Assembly (NCBI RefSeq): GCF_046533115.1
Contig: NZ_JAJQRC010000002.1
Coordinates: forward strand, 43,708 to 107,707
Direction: 5' to 3'
Length of the DNA: 64,000 bases
Source: Treponema sp. TIM-1
Lineage (GTDB): Bacteria; Spirochaetota; Spirochaetia; Treponematales; Breznakiellaceae
A model generated the notes under the pieces. It had not been told where the DNA came from and made no database searches. It saw nothing but the letters and a program-made list of their open reading frames with translations. A program made the position numbers and the translations under genes. This document shows positions 36,431 to 45,729 of the stretch, piece after piece (position 1 is the first letter of the stretch; each line of letters begins with the position of its first letter).

Positions 36431-38421
36431 AATTCTAACAATATCCTTTCCGCTTCAGCCCGCCGGGAATAACCGGGGTTACGGGTCAGAAGATCCTGAA
36501 TATACCGTTTGGCTGAATCGGCGTCTCCAAGGCTAACATAGGTATTACCCAGGGCCAAGATAGCATCCCAGTTATTGGGAACCAGCCTAACCAAATCCTG
36601 GTAAATATCCCGGGCCTTGGTTAGGTCCCCGGCGCCTATATAGGCCAGGGCTAAATTTTCCCGCACCGTGGTATTATTAGGTTGAATGGTCAAGGCCCGC
36701 TCGTAGTGTTCCACACTTTGGACCCATTTTTCCTGTTTGGCGTACGCCTGCCCCATGTTGTTATTAACCTCAAAATTATTCGGTTCCACCCGATAGGCTT
36801 CACCAAGAACTTCCAATGCCTGATCCGGAAAACCTCGGGCGGTATAAAATTTTCCCAAGTTTATCCGGGGCAAGAGATACCGGGGATCCAAAGAAGCGGC
36901 TTTGGTATAGGACATAACCATATCGTCCGAATTCCCCGCCGCCTCATGGGCAAGTCCCAGGGTATAATTATATTCTTTGTTGTTCGGGCCCCTATCCGCG
37001 GCTTTTTTTGCGAATCCCACCGCTTCGGTGCTTTTGTTAAGGGCAAGCTTAACCACCGCCATGTTGTAATTGGTCCGGTCGTCGTTGGGCGCCGACTCCA
37101 GGGCTTTACCAAAGGAAATCTCTGCGGCGGCATAATCCCCGGCGGCACTCTGGACCACCCCCAATTCCCGCAGGGCGGCGAGATCCTGGGGCTCGTAACG
37201 CAGGATCTGGGTGAATGCGTCAATCGCCCCCCGGGTATCACCCTTGGCGGAAAGAATCCGGCCTATTCCCCGGTAAGCCGCGGTATAATCGGGCCGTATC
37301 GCCACTGCCTGCCGGAAAGCGGCCAGGGCATCGTCCCGCTGCCGCAGCTCATAAAGGGCAATCCCCAGGTTATACCAGGCGGGTTCAAACCGGCTATTAA
37401 GACGGGTAACCGTTTCAAAGGCCTGTCGAGCCTCGGCAATTTTGCGGGAACTGAAATAGGCCCGTCCCAGTTCATAGGAGTACACAAAATTATTGGGCTC
37501 CAATCGGACCGCTTCCCGGAATTCTTCCGCGGCGTTATCCCATTGGCTGAGATCCCGGTAAATCTTTCCCAGGGTATTGTGGGGCATAGCCTGGGAAGGG
37601 TCCTTTTCCAGGGCCTCTCGGGCATGGGATTGGGCGGCTCGAAGAGCTTCCTGCCCTTCGGGATTGTTTTTATTTCGGGAATATCCATCATAGTAGGCAT
37701 CCGCTACCTCCGCGAGCTTTTGCGCTTCAAAACGGGGCTGTCCCGGAGGTATATTGTCCAAAGCGGTATCAAAGGCTTTGATAGCGCTGTTGAAATTATT
37801 CCCCGTAACGGCGGCCTTTCCCTGAGAGATATAGTCGTTTACGAGGCGCATTCGGGCTTGTAATTCCCGGGACTGCCGGGCAAGTTCTTCCTCCTCCGCT
37901 TTGCGCCGGGCCGCTTCCGCCTCCTCATTGGCCCGTTGTTCCGCCTCCGCCACAAGCCGGGCGGCGGCTTCGGCTTCTTCCCGGGCCCGTTCCTCCCCGG
38001 CATTCCGTCGGCGTTCCGCCTCCAGCCGTTCCATGGCGGCAATTTCTTCCAGAGAAGGTCTGCCTTGGTTGGCCGCATGCTCCCGGGTCAGGGCTTCCCG
38101 CTGGGCGACCAGAATCGCATCCCGCATATTACGGGCCTCCTCGTCGAAAACGTTCTCAATCAGGAGACGGTCCAAAAGGTCCAGGGCTCGCTGATAAGCC
38201 TCCTGCTCCATATATTCCCGGGCAAGTCTGATGATGTTGTTACGAGGAACGTCGGTCCCGGTATTATTATCATCGTCCAGGGTGATATTTTTTCCTCCGT
38301 TATCTTCCCCTTCCGCCTGCCCGTTATCGTTATTAAAGAGAAAAATTGCCCCTATGGTAAGTAATATAATAACTACAACCCCCAGGGCTATCCCACCAAT
38401 GACTATGACTCTTTTATTCAT
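36427..38421 (-). CDS. Membrane-anchored TPR-repeat protein with a coiled-coil region
   Basis: TM helix, an EA-rich coiled coil, and at least 8 TPR units with W-LG-Y / A-F-A-P patterns. Confidence 0.7.
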   Translation of the reverse strand: MNKRVIVIGGIALGVVVIILLTIGAIFLFNNDNGQAEGEDNGGKNITLDDDNNTGTDVPRNNIIRLAREYMEQEAYQRALDLLDRLLIENVFDEEARNMRDAILVAQREALTREHAANQGRPSLEEIAAMERLEAERRRNAGEERAREEAEAAARLVAEAEQRANEEAEAARRKAEEEELARQSRELQARMRLVNDYISQGKAAVTGNNFNSAIKAFDTALDNIPPGQPRFEAQKLAEVADAYYDGYSRNKNNPEGQEALRAAQSHAREALEKDPSQAMPHNTLGKIYRDLSQWDNAAEEFREAVRLEPNNFVYSYELGRAYFSSRKIAEARQAFETVTRLNSRFEPAWYNLGIALYELRQRDDALAAFRQAVAIRPDYTAAYRGIGRILSAKGDTRGAIDAFTQILRYEPQDLAALRELGVVQSAAGDYAAAEISFGKALESAPNDDRTNYNMAVVKLALNKSTEAVGFAKKAADRGPNNKEYNYTLGLAHEAAGNSDDMVMSYTKAASLDPRYLLPRINLGKFYTARGFPDQALEVLGEAYRVEPNNFEVNNNMGQAYAKQEKWVQSVEHYERALTIQPNNTTVRENLALAYIGAGDLTKARDIYQDLVRLVPNNWDAILALGNTYVSLGDADSAKRYIQDLLTRNPGYSRRAEAERILLEL

Positions 38422-38430
38422 TTCGCATTC

Positions 38431-39147
38431 CTATTCCAGCTCAAACGCGTCATCATACCCCAGGACTTCCTCAGTACCGGCGGAAAGACCGGTACTTTCT
38501 TCCGTCGCTGCTTGAAGGGAAGCGGATATCTCATCCAAAAGCCGCTGTTTCCGTTCTGCCTCAGCCCGGGCCGCGGCTTCCGCCTCGATCCGGCGCCGTT
38601 CTTCGGCGGCAAATTCTTCTTTGATGGAGGCTACCAGCTGCTCAATCCGGGGCCGTTTCGCTGATCGGGGCTCCAGAGACAAGTAAAGCTCATAATCGGA
38701 GATAGCATCCTTAAGGGAACCGGCCTGAACCAGGGCATTCGCCCGGTTTAAATAGGCTGAAGCATAGGCGGGATCCGCCTCAATGGCTTGGGTATAGTAC
38801 TGTCCCGCATAATTCAGGTTACCCTTACTATAATAGAGATTACCTAGGTTAAAGGCAATCCGGGCGGTTTCATCCCCGCCCCGGGGAAGTATTTTTCGAA
38901 ATACCGCAATAGCGTCGTCCAACCGGTTAAGCTGCTGGTAACTTATACCCAGATAAAGACCGGCCCGGATATTTGCCGGATCCTCCGTCAGGGAAGTTTC
39001 CAGAAAAGGAAGGGCTTCCTGAGGCCTGTTCAGGAGAAAATATTCTTCTCCCTGGGTAAAGGCATCTTGGGCAAATCCCCGGGACAAAAACAAGCCCCAT
39101 AAAATCATACCCAGACCGAATGTTTTCTTCATCCTTATTCCCGCCAT
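38431..39147 (-). CDS. Secreted TPR-repeat protein
   Basis: Signal peptide, TPR units, and a C-terminal acidic coiled tail. Confidence 0.65.
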   Translation of the reverse strand: MAGIRMKKTFGLGMILWGLFLSRGFAQDAFTQGEEYFLLNRPQEALPFLETSLTEDPANIRAGLYLGISYQQLNRLDDAIAVFRKILPRGGDETARIAFNLGNLYYSKGNLNYAGQYYTQAIEADPAYASAYLNRANALVQAGSLKDAISDYELYLSLEPRSAKRPRIEQLVASIKEEFAAEERRRIEAEAAARAEAERKQRLLDEISASLQAATEESTGLSAGTEEVLGYDDAFELE

Positions 39148-39464
39148 GCTATTTCCACCCTGCTTTCAAGGTTTGACATGAAGGATTAAAACAATTAATC
39201 TTCATAATAATAAAGATACCATAAAAAAGCGAAAAAAGTCATGACCATGATACAAACGGTCCTCAAAAAAGTAAAATCGATAAAGCCCCCAGTGATACGG
39301 GATTATCGGGTTTTATTGGTAAATTTTCGGCAGAATTTACGACAATTTTTTCCCTTTTTTTATAAAATCAAAGGAAAAAGGTGGCTTTTTTCCATGAATT
39401 TGGGGATTTTTAAATCGAAGGCGGCTTTTTTAAAATTTAATCTTTTGAAAAGGCCTTAAAGATT

Positions 39465-40130
39465 ATGAAAATATTATGTATATCCGATCATATCGATCCC
39501 CTTGTATATTCAAACTCGATTAAAGAACGTTTTAAGGACATTGATATGGTCCTCAGTGCCGGGGATCTTCCCATGGAATATTTGGAATTTATCGTTTCAA
39601 GCCTCAACAAATCCCTGTTTTTTGTGTTTGGAAATCATAACCTTAACGAATTGTACCGGTATAAAACCTCCGGTATGATCGGTTATCGTAATTGGATAAG
39701 TGAGGATGCGACTTATGGGTCGGGGGCCGTTCATATCGGTTCCAAAGCAAGAATGGAGGAAGGACTTATTATAGCCGGACTGGGAGGTTCCCGGCGGTAT
39801 AACCGGGGGGAAAATCAGTATACCGAATTCCAGATGAACTTCGAAATTATAAAACTCATTCCTATCCTGATCATCAACCGGATCTTCCGGGGAAGATTTC
39901 TGGATATACTCCTGACCCATGCCGCTCCCCGGGGTATCCATGATAAGGAGGATCCCTGTCATCGGGGCTTCAAAGCTTTTTTATGGTTCATGCGGGTCTT
40001 TAAACCTAAATATCTCATCCATGGTCATATTCATCTCTATGATTTATCGGATCTCAGAACCACCCGGTATAAGGATACCCTGGTGGTAAATGCCTTTAGT
40101 CATTACATAATCGAAATCGGGGAAAAATAA
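39465..40130 (+). CDS. Metallophosphoesterase (calcineurin-like)
   Basis: Motifs ISDHID, GDLP, GNHN and HAAPRG...GHIH. Confidence 0.7.
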   Translation: MKILCISDHIDPLVYSNSIKERFKDIDMVLSAGDLPMEYLEFIVSSLNKSLFFVFGNHNLNELYRYKTSGMIGYRNWISEDATYGSGAVHIGSKARMEEGLIIAGLGGSRRYNRGENQYTEFQMNFEIIKLIPILIINRIFRGRFLDILLTHAAPRGIHDKEDPCHRGFKAFLWFMRVFKPKYLIHGHIHLYDLSDLRTTRYKDTLVVNAFSHYIIEIGEK

Positions 40131-40131
40131 T

Positions 40132-41055
40132 ATGAAAAATATGTTTACCATACAAGCTACGGAAGATTTTTCAAAGGCCCGGGGTCGGGCCATACTCTCC
40201 CGGATTCAGCATTTTATGAATACCGATAAGGATAAACTCCTCTCTTTTAATGATGTAAAGGAAATCCTCAAACCCAAAAACCAAACCTATAAGGGGATGC
40301 AGACGGTCCCCATTAACCTTATCGTGGGCAGCGAAGGCCGGTATCGGGACTTTAATAAATATTTTCTGCCAAAATCGGATCACCTCAAATCCCGCTGGGT
40401 CCGGGTTGATGAAGCCCATATCAGAAGTATTGTCTTGCCCCCCATTCAACTTTATGAAATTGGGGGAGTCTATTTTGTCCGGGACGGGAATCACCGGGTT
40501 TCGGTGGCCAGAAGTCAGGGAGTTGAGATGATCGATGCGGAAGTAATCAGCCTTTCCAGTGAAATAGCCATCGATCCATCCATGACCACCGACGATCTCC
40601 GGGATCTGATCATCGGCCTTGAAAAAAAGGCGTTTTATGAAAAAACCGAATTTGGAAAATATACCAATTGCTATGATTTGGATTTCAGTATGCCCGGGCG
40701 TTACGATGTGATATATAACCATATTTTGGTCCATAAATATTATCTTAACCAGGGGATTCCCAAGGAAATCCCCTTTTCCGATGCCCTGATCTCCTGGTAT
40801 AACCATGTATACGAGCCTATTATCAAAATAATCAAGGATGAACGGCTTTATCTTAATTTTCCTGGCAGAACCCCGGGGGATCTTTATGTCTGGATCGTCA
40901 AACATTGGGATTTTTTGAAAAAAAAATACGGTATCTATTATTCCATTCCCGATGCGGCCAGGGATTTTTCTCAAAAGTACGGAAAAAACAGGGTCAAATT
41001 CCTCCAATTTATGACCGCCCTGTTCCACAAGCTGATATACCGGTCGCCGTCATAA
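40132..41055 (+). CDS. ParB/Srx-like nuclease-domain protein
   Basis: The ParB-type motif is YFVRDGNHRVSVAR. No HTH recognized. The C-terminal domain is unassigned. Translationally coupled to the upstream phosphoesterase. Confidence 0.45.
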   Translation: MKNMFTIQATEDFSKARGRAILSRIQHFMNTDKDKLLSFNDVKEILKPKNQTYKGMQTVPINLIVGSEGRYRDFNKYFLPKSDHLKSRWVRVDEAHIRSIVLPPIQLYEIGGVYFVRDGNHRVSVARSQGVEMIDAEVISLSSEIAIDPSMTTDDLRDLIIGLEKKAFYEKTEFGKYTNCYDLDFSMPGRYDVIYNHILVHKYYLNQGIPKEIPFSDALISWYNHVYEPIIKIIKDERLYLNFPGRTPGDLYVWIVKHWDFLKKKYGIYYSIPDAARDFSQKYGKNRVKFLQFMTALFHKLIYRSPS

Positions 41056-41108
41056 GGGCGCCCGGTATACCTGCGGGTGGTTTTAAAACAGAACAAGGAA
41101 GATAAGCG

Positions 41109-41972
41109 GTGGCTATTTTATCAATACAATCCCATGTATGTTATGGCTATGCGGGAAACAGTGCCGCGGTGTTTCCCCTCCAGCGTATGGGGCATACGGT
41201 CTGGGCAATTAATACCGTGGAATTTTCCAACCATACCGGATACGGCACCTGGCGGGGGACAGAGCTGGGGGCGGAAATGACCACCGCCTTGGTCCAGGGC
41301 TTGGACGAGCAGGGAGTTCTTACGGATTGCGAGGCGGTCCTTTCAGGCTATATGGGGAATGCCGCGGTGGGCCGGTCGATTATGGATACGGTCCGACTGG
41401 TACGGACCAAGGCACCGGGCGCCCTTTACTGCTGCGATCCCGTAATGGGGGATATAGATCGGGGCCTTTATGTCAAGCCTGATATTCCGGATATTTTTAA
41501 AAATGAAATCATCGTCCTGGCGGATCTCTTAACCCCCAACCAATTTGAACTTGAAGTTTTAACCGGAATGGATACCGGGGATATCACCGCCGCCCGTAAA
41601 GCCATAGATCTGCTCCATGCCCGGGGCCCCAGGATTGTACTGGTGACCAGTTACCGGGAAGGGAAAAATACCACCGGTCCCCGGGACCATATTGATCTGT
41701 TGGTTTCCGCCGGAAGCGAAACCTACCGGATCCATACCCCGGAACTTCCTTTTGATATGGCCATATCCGGGTCCGGGGACCTGACCACCGCGGTTTTTCT
41801 GTCCCGATACCTTGAGACCGGGGACATTCGGAGCGCCCTGGAGCTTACCACGGCGTCAATCTACGGAATCATGGAAGCCACCTTTAACGCCCATAGCCGG
41901 GAACTCTGTATCATAGCGGCTCAAAATGAATTGAACCATCCTTCCCGGTCCTTTAATGCGGTACGGCTCTAG
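41109..41972 (+). CDS. pdxK: Pyridoxal kinase
   Basis: The N-terminus ILSIQSHVCYGYAGNSAAVFPLQRMGHTVWAINTVEFSNHTGYG is the PdxY/PdxK family start. Ribokinase fold. Confidence 0.8.
   Translation: MAILSIQSHVCYGYAGNSAAVFPLQRMGHTVWAINTVEFSNHTGYGTWRGTELGAEMTTALVQGLDEQGVLTDCEAVLSGYMGNAAVGRSIMDTVRLVRTKAPGALYCCDPVMGDIDRGLYVKPDIPDIFKNEIIVLADLLTPNQFELEVLTGMDTGDITAARKAIDLLHARGPRIVLVTSYREGKNTTGPRDHIDLLVSAGSETYRIHTPELPFDMAISGSGDLTTAVFLSRYLETGDIRSALELTTASIYGIMEATFNAHSRELCIIAAQNELNHPSRSFNAVRL
41255..41267 (+). repeat. GGGGACAGAGCTG repeat copy
   Basis: It lies inside pdxK, encoding WRGTELG. Confidence 0.7.
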
Positions 41973-42907
41973 TGTCTAAAATAACGAAGACTCCCCTATC
42001 CGAAGTCCCCTACCGCTACTTTAAAGAATTTATTGCCCCGGAAACGGATAGGTTTGCCTTTCTGAGCGCCCTGCTGGATAAATTGGGCCTACGGCGATCG
42101 ACCCTTACCATTGCAGGAAACCGGCATTTTATGGTTTTCCCACCTCACGAGGGACAGAGCTCGCCGAAAGGTCAGAAAGGCCAGGCCTTCCAAGCGAGCT
42201 CTGTCCCCATTGTGCTGGTTGCCCATTATGACCGGGCAGCGGACAGCCCCGGTGCGAACGATAACAGCGCCGCGGTATTTCTTCTTATAGAAACAGCCAT
42301 GAAACTATGGCAAAAAAAAGGTAAGAACTGGCTTATTATCTTTACCGACAAAGAGGAATTAACCCAAGACGAGGGAATCAAAAGTCAGGGATCCTATACG
42401 CTGGCCATGGGATTACGGCAAGCCGGTCTTGGAAGGGGACGATTTTTCATATTCGATGCCTGCGGTACCGGGGATACCCTTATTATTTCCACCACCGCCG
42501 ATCACCTGATGAAAAACGAAAAAGGGCTGGGGATAATAAAAACAAGGCAGGCGGTACAGCAGCTGAGAAACTTGGCCCTGGAAACAACCCGGGAACTTCA
42601 GATGGATAAGGTGCTGCTCTTGCCAACCCCCTTTTCCGATGACGCGGGTTTTTTACGGGCGGGAATACCCGCCCAGACCATCACGGTACTCCCCGGTAAG
42701 GAAGCGAGCCCCTTTATTTCCCTCCTGCGGAACAACTCCGGCCTTGACCAGGCTCTGGTAAACCGGGAGATACAGAAAAATTATGACCGACGTTTAATCC
42801 CCGAAACATGGCGCTGCCTTAACGGCCCCGGGGATAGTTACCCCCGGCTTACCCCGGAACATTTTTCCCAGGTGGTACGTTTTGCCTGTGCTTTGAGTAA
42901 AAAATGA
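41972..42907 (+). CDS. M28-like peptidase family protein carrying an in-frame palindromic insertion
   Basis: LVAHYDRAADSPGANDNSAAVFLLIE and DDAGFLRAGIP resemble the M28 zinc-ligand blocks. Codons about 59 to 79 (HEGQSSPKGQKGQAFQASSVP) are encoded by a 62-bp perfect inverted repeat containing the GGGACAGAGCTCG motif. Confidence 0.5.
   Translation: MSKITKTPLSEVPYRYFKEFIAPETDRFAFLSALLDKLGLRRSTLTIAGNRHFMVFPPHEGQSSPKGQKGQAFQASSVPIVLVAHYDRAADSPGANDNSAAVFLLIETAMKLWQKKGKNWLIIFTDKEELTQDEGIKSQGSYTLAMGLRQAGLGRGRFFIFDACGTGDTLIISTTADHLMKNEKGLGIIKTRQAVQQLRNLALETTRELQMDKVLLLPTPFSDDAGFLRAGIPAQTITVLPGKEASPFISLLRNNSGLDQALVNREIQKNYDRRLIPETWRCLNGPGDSYPRLTPEHFSQVVRFACALSKK
42151..42208. repeat. Perfect inverted pair GGGACAGAGCTCG ... 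CGAGCTCTGTCCC (13-bp arms, 31-bp loop) inside the M28-like gene
   Basis: Arms lie at 42151-42163 and 42195-42207. The loop ccgaaaggtcagaAAGGCCaGGCCTTccaag contains a nested palindrome. The whole element is in frame with the host ORF. Confidence 0.8.
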
Positions 42908-42919
42908 AAATCGGCGGGG

Positions 42920-43486
42920 TCACACTCCCTGGTATACCTTTAAAGTCAAAACCTCCCCGATGAACATCCGGTGGTAATCCTTCTCCGGGTAATTTTTTTC
43001 GATGGAGGGATCTAAAAAACCGGTAGGATCAAAATCATGGGTATACAATTTACGGCAGACGATAACTTCCGACGCTTCCTTAAAACCGATACCACCGGCG
43101 GCTTTACCTTCTTCAAACACCAGGGGAGTAAGGCCGGTTTCTGCGGCCTTATCCGTATCCCGGCCTGTACGGGACCCGCAGAACTCTAGAGCCTTCCGGT
43201 AGCTTGTGTCGAAAAAACTGAGGCTAAAGAGGGAAGCGGCATTGGCAAAATCAAAGGTATACCGGGTGGGCCGGATAAACATAAAAGCCACATTCCTGCC
43301 CCAAAGCACCCCAAGCCCTCCCCAAGAGGCGGTCATGGTATTCCAGTTATCCTTCCCCTCCTTGAGGTTTCCGGTGGTAATGAGCATCCACCCATCCCCA
43401 ATCCGGGCCGCAGGAGAACCGGGAAATTCCCGAATATCCTTTTCTATCCAGCCCTTATCCGCAGGAATCACCGCTTTCTGGTTCAT
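42920..43486 (-). CDS. Flavin reductase-like (FMN-binding split barrel) protein
   Basis: ITTGNLKEGKDNWNTMTASWGGLG matches the flavin-reductase-like domain. 188 aa. Confidence 0.55.
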   Translation of the reverse strand: MNQKAVIPADKGWIEKDIREFPGSPAARIGDGWMLITTGNLKEGKDNWNTMTASWGGLGVLWGRNVAFMFIRPTRYTFDFANAASLFSLSFFDTSYRKALEFCGSRTGRDTDKAAETGLTPLVFEEGKAAGGIGFKEASEVIVCRKLYTHDFDPTGFLDPSIEKNYPEKDYHRMFIGEVLTLKVYQGV

Positions 43487-43506
43487 ATATCCCCCTTCCC
43501 GTTAGG

Positions 43507-43536
43507 CGGTTTCAAAATGTCAAAATTTTGAAACCG
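43507..43536. promoter_or_regulatory. Perfect palindrome CGGTTTCAAAAT-gtcaaa-ATTTTGAAACCG, 21 nt upstream of the flavin-reductase start
   Basis: 12-bp perfect arms with a 6-nt spacer. A near-identical palindrome sits at 51050-51080. Confidence 0.5.
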
Positions 43537-43542
43537 ATTCCA

Positions 43543-45135
43543 TTATATCCCTAAAATCTCGCTATAGGCATCCAGGGCGGAATCCCCGGAATTTCCCCCG
43601 GCCTTAGCAGCCAGGACCTTTTTGGTGAGGACCTTTCCCAACTGTACCCCTTCCTGATCAAAACTGTTGATATTCCAGACAAAACCCTGGAACATAACCT
43701 TATTTTCAAAATGGGCAAGGAGGGCTCCCAATGCCTGGGGGGTAAGACGTTTACCGTAGATAAGACTGGAGGGACGCCCCCCAAGGAATTCCTTGTTCCG
43801 GTTCGAGTCGGTCTTACCCTTGGCAAAGGCAACTATCTGAGCCGCCAGGTTCGCCTTAAGTTTAGTCTGACTCACGGATCCATCCACTTCCACATCATCC
43901 CCCCGCTGACTTTCGATAAAACCCACAAACTGCAGAGGCACAACATCCGTCCCCTGATGGAGAAGCTGATAAAAAGAATGTTGACCGTTGGTACCGGGTT
44001 CTCCAAAAACCACGGGGCCGGTGGAATAGGCCAGAGGAAGGCCCTCCCGGTTAACCCCCTTGCCGTTGGACTCCATATCAAGCTGCTGGAGATGGGCGGG
44101 GAACCGGGAAAGGGCCTGGCTATAGGGGAGGACGGCCGTATAGGGGTACCCCAGAAAATTCCGCTCCCACACTCCGATAAGGGCATCCAACAGGGCGGCA
44201 TTGGCAAGGACCTTCGGTTCCAAGGCGTTTTTATCCGCCTTATGGGCGCCGGCGAGGAGTTCCTTAAACACTTTCGGCCCAAAGGCCAAGGAAAGGATGA
44301 CCCCTCCCACCGCGGAGGTAGAAGAATACCGGCCGCCGATAAAATCGTCGATGTAAAATGAATCCAGGTATGCGGGGTTATGGGCCAGCGGACTGGTTTC
44401 ACTGGTTACCGCCACCATATGTTTACTGGGATCCAGCCCCGCTTTGGTGAGTTTATCCTTGACGAAAAGCTCGTTTGCCAGAGTCTCCTGGGTGGTACCG
44501 CTTTTAGAAACCAGAACAAAGATGGTCTCTTCCAGGGTACAGCGGGCAACTATCTGGGAGGCGTCATCGGGATCCACATTGGAGATGAACTTCGCCTGTA
44601 AATGTCCCTTCCCCTCTGCGGCGGCCCAGTTTTCCAGGGCAAGGTACAGAGCCCGGGGACCCAAATCCGATCCGCCTATACCGATCTGCACCGCCGTGGT
44701 AAAGGCCTTTCCCGTGGAACCCCGGATTTTACCGGCATGGACCGCGTCGGCAAAGGCGGAAAACCGGTCAAGTTCATGGGCGTAAAATTCCCCCAGGTTC
44801 TTCCCTTCATGTAAAACCGGTTTTCCCAATTGCCCCCGAAGCAGATGGTGGAGGACCTTCCGGTTTTCTCCGGTATTCATCGTTTCCCCGTCAATCAACG
44901 CCTGGTACTTCTCTATAAGCTCCTGCTCATCCGCCAGGGCCTGGAGAGCCTCTATCACGGGATCGTCCACCGCTTTTGCGGCCCAGGAATAGGTGAACCC
45001 CGCGGCCAGGGGAACCACCGCCTTTCTTACCCGTTCCGCGGTAAGTTGGGATACAAAATCAAACCCCTTCCCCCGGGGCACAAGATCCAAAAGTCGCTTA
45101 TAAGCGGTAAGCTTATCAAAATTGTTATATTTCAT
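43543..45135 (-). CDS. pgi: Glucose-6-phosphate isomerase
   Basis: 530 aa. The N-terminus MKYNNFDKLTAYKRL...  and the SIS domain blocks match the PGI family throughout. Confidence 0.9.
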   Translation of the reverse strand: MKYNNFDKLTAYKRLLDLVPRGKGFDFVSQLTAERVRKAVVPLAAGFTYSWAAKAVDDPVIEALQALADEQELIEKYQALIDGETMNTGENRKVLHHLLRGQLGKPVLHEGKNLGEFYAHELDRFSAFADAVHAGKIRGSTGKAFTTAVQIGIGGSDLGPRALYLALENWAAAEGKGHLQAKFISNVDPDDASQIVARCTLEETIFVLVSKSGTTQETLANELFVKDKLTKAGLDPSKHMVAVTSETSPLAHNPAYLDSFYIDDFIGGRYSSTSAVGGVILSLAFGPKVFKELLAGAHKADKNALEPKVLANAALLDALIGVWERNFLGYPYTAVLPYSQALSRFPAHLQQLDMESNGKGVNREGLPLAYSTGPVVFGEPGTNGQHSFYQLLHQGTDVVPLQFVGFIESQRGDDVEVDGSVSQTKLKANLAAQIVAFAKGKTDSNRNKEFLGGRPSSLIYGKRLTPQALGALLAHFENKVMFQGFVWNINSFDQEGVQLGKVLTKKVLAAKAGGNSGDSALDAYSEILGI

Positions 45136-45150
45136 AATCCATTCTCTCCA

Positions 45151-45624
45151 TTAATCTTCCAGTTCAGGAATACTTTCCTTCATCCGGCGTATAAAATCCT
45201 CTCCGGTTATACCTTCCCGGAGGCATACAAAAACCGTATTGTCCCTTCCCGCGATGGTTCCCAGCACATCGTCCAGGCTTAAGTTATCCACCGCCAGTGC
45301 AACCGAATCGGAATGACCCGAATAGGTTTTGATCACCACCATATTTCCGGACCATTCGATAGAAACATACCCCCGAAGAAAATCATGGATATAGGTCCGT
45401 TCGGTCTCTTGCCGCTCATCTTCTCCGGGCAGGGAATACACATACCCGTTATGACCATCGGAGATCTTACCTACCTTGAGGAGTTTTAAATCCCGGGAAA
45501 GGGTTGCCTGGGTAACAATAAATCCTTCTTTTTGCAAATGTCCCAAAAGTGTTTCTTGAGACTCAATTCGATAGGTCTTTATCAATTTACGGACAGTTTT
45601 TAAACGAGCCAACCGTTCCTTCAC
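45151..45624 (-). CDS. argR: Arginine repressor
   Basis: The winged HTH is [28 protein letters not shown]. The C-terminal oligomerization domain has GTIAGDD. 157 aa. Confidence 0.85.
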   Translation of the reverse strand: [157 protein letters not shown]

Positions 45625-45715
45625 AATTACTCCATATTACTCGGGGGCTAATTAAACCGTTTTCAAAATTGGCTGTTTGTCACCGGCCCAATTACGAATA
45701 ATTATCCTCCATCCT

Positions 45716-45729
45716 TGCATAAATATACA
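45716..45729. promoter_or_regulatory. Candidate ARG box (ArgR operator) upstream of argR
   Basis: TGCATAAATATACA is a near-palindrome resembling the TGCATAAATATGCA / TGAATwwwwATTCA-type ARG box. It lies about 92 bp upstream of the argR start. A second weaker half-site-like TGCAAGTAT sits at 45745. Confidence 0.35.

Noticed and set aside
39241-39459. 72-aa plus-strand ORF in the TPR/metallophosphoesterase divergent region
   Set aside because: It is AT-rich promoter DNA with poly-T tracts and no RBS. It ends just before a strongly supported gene.
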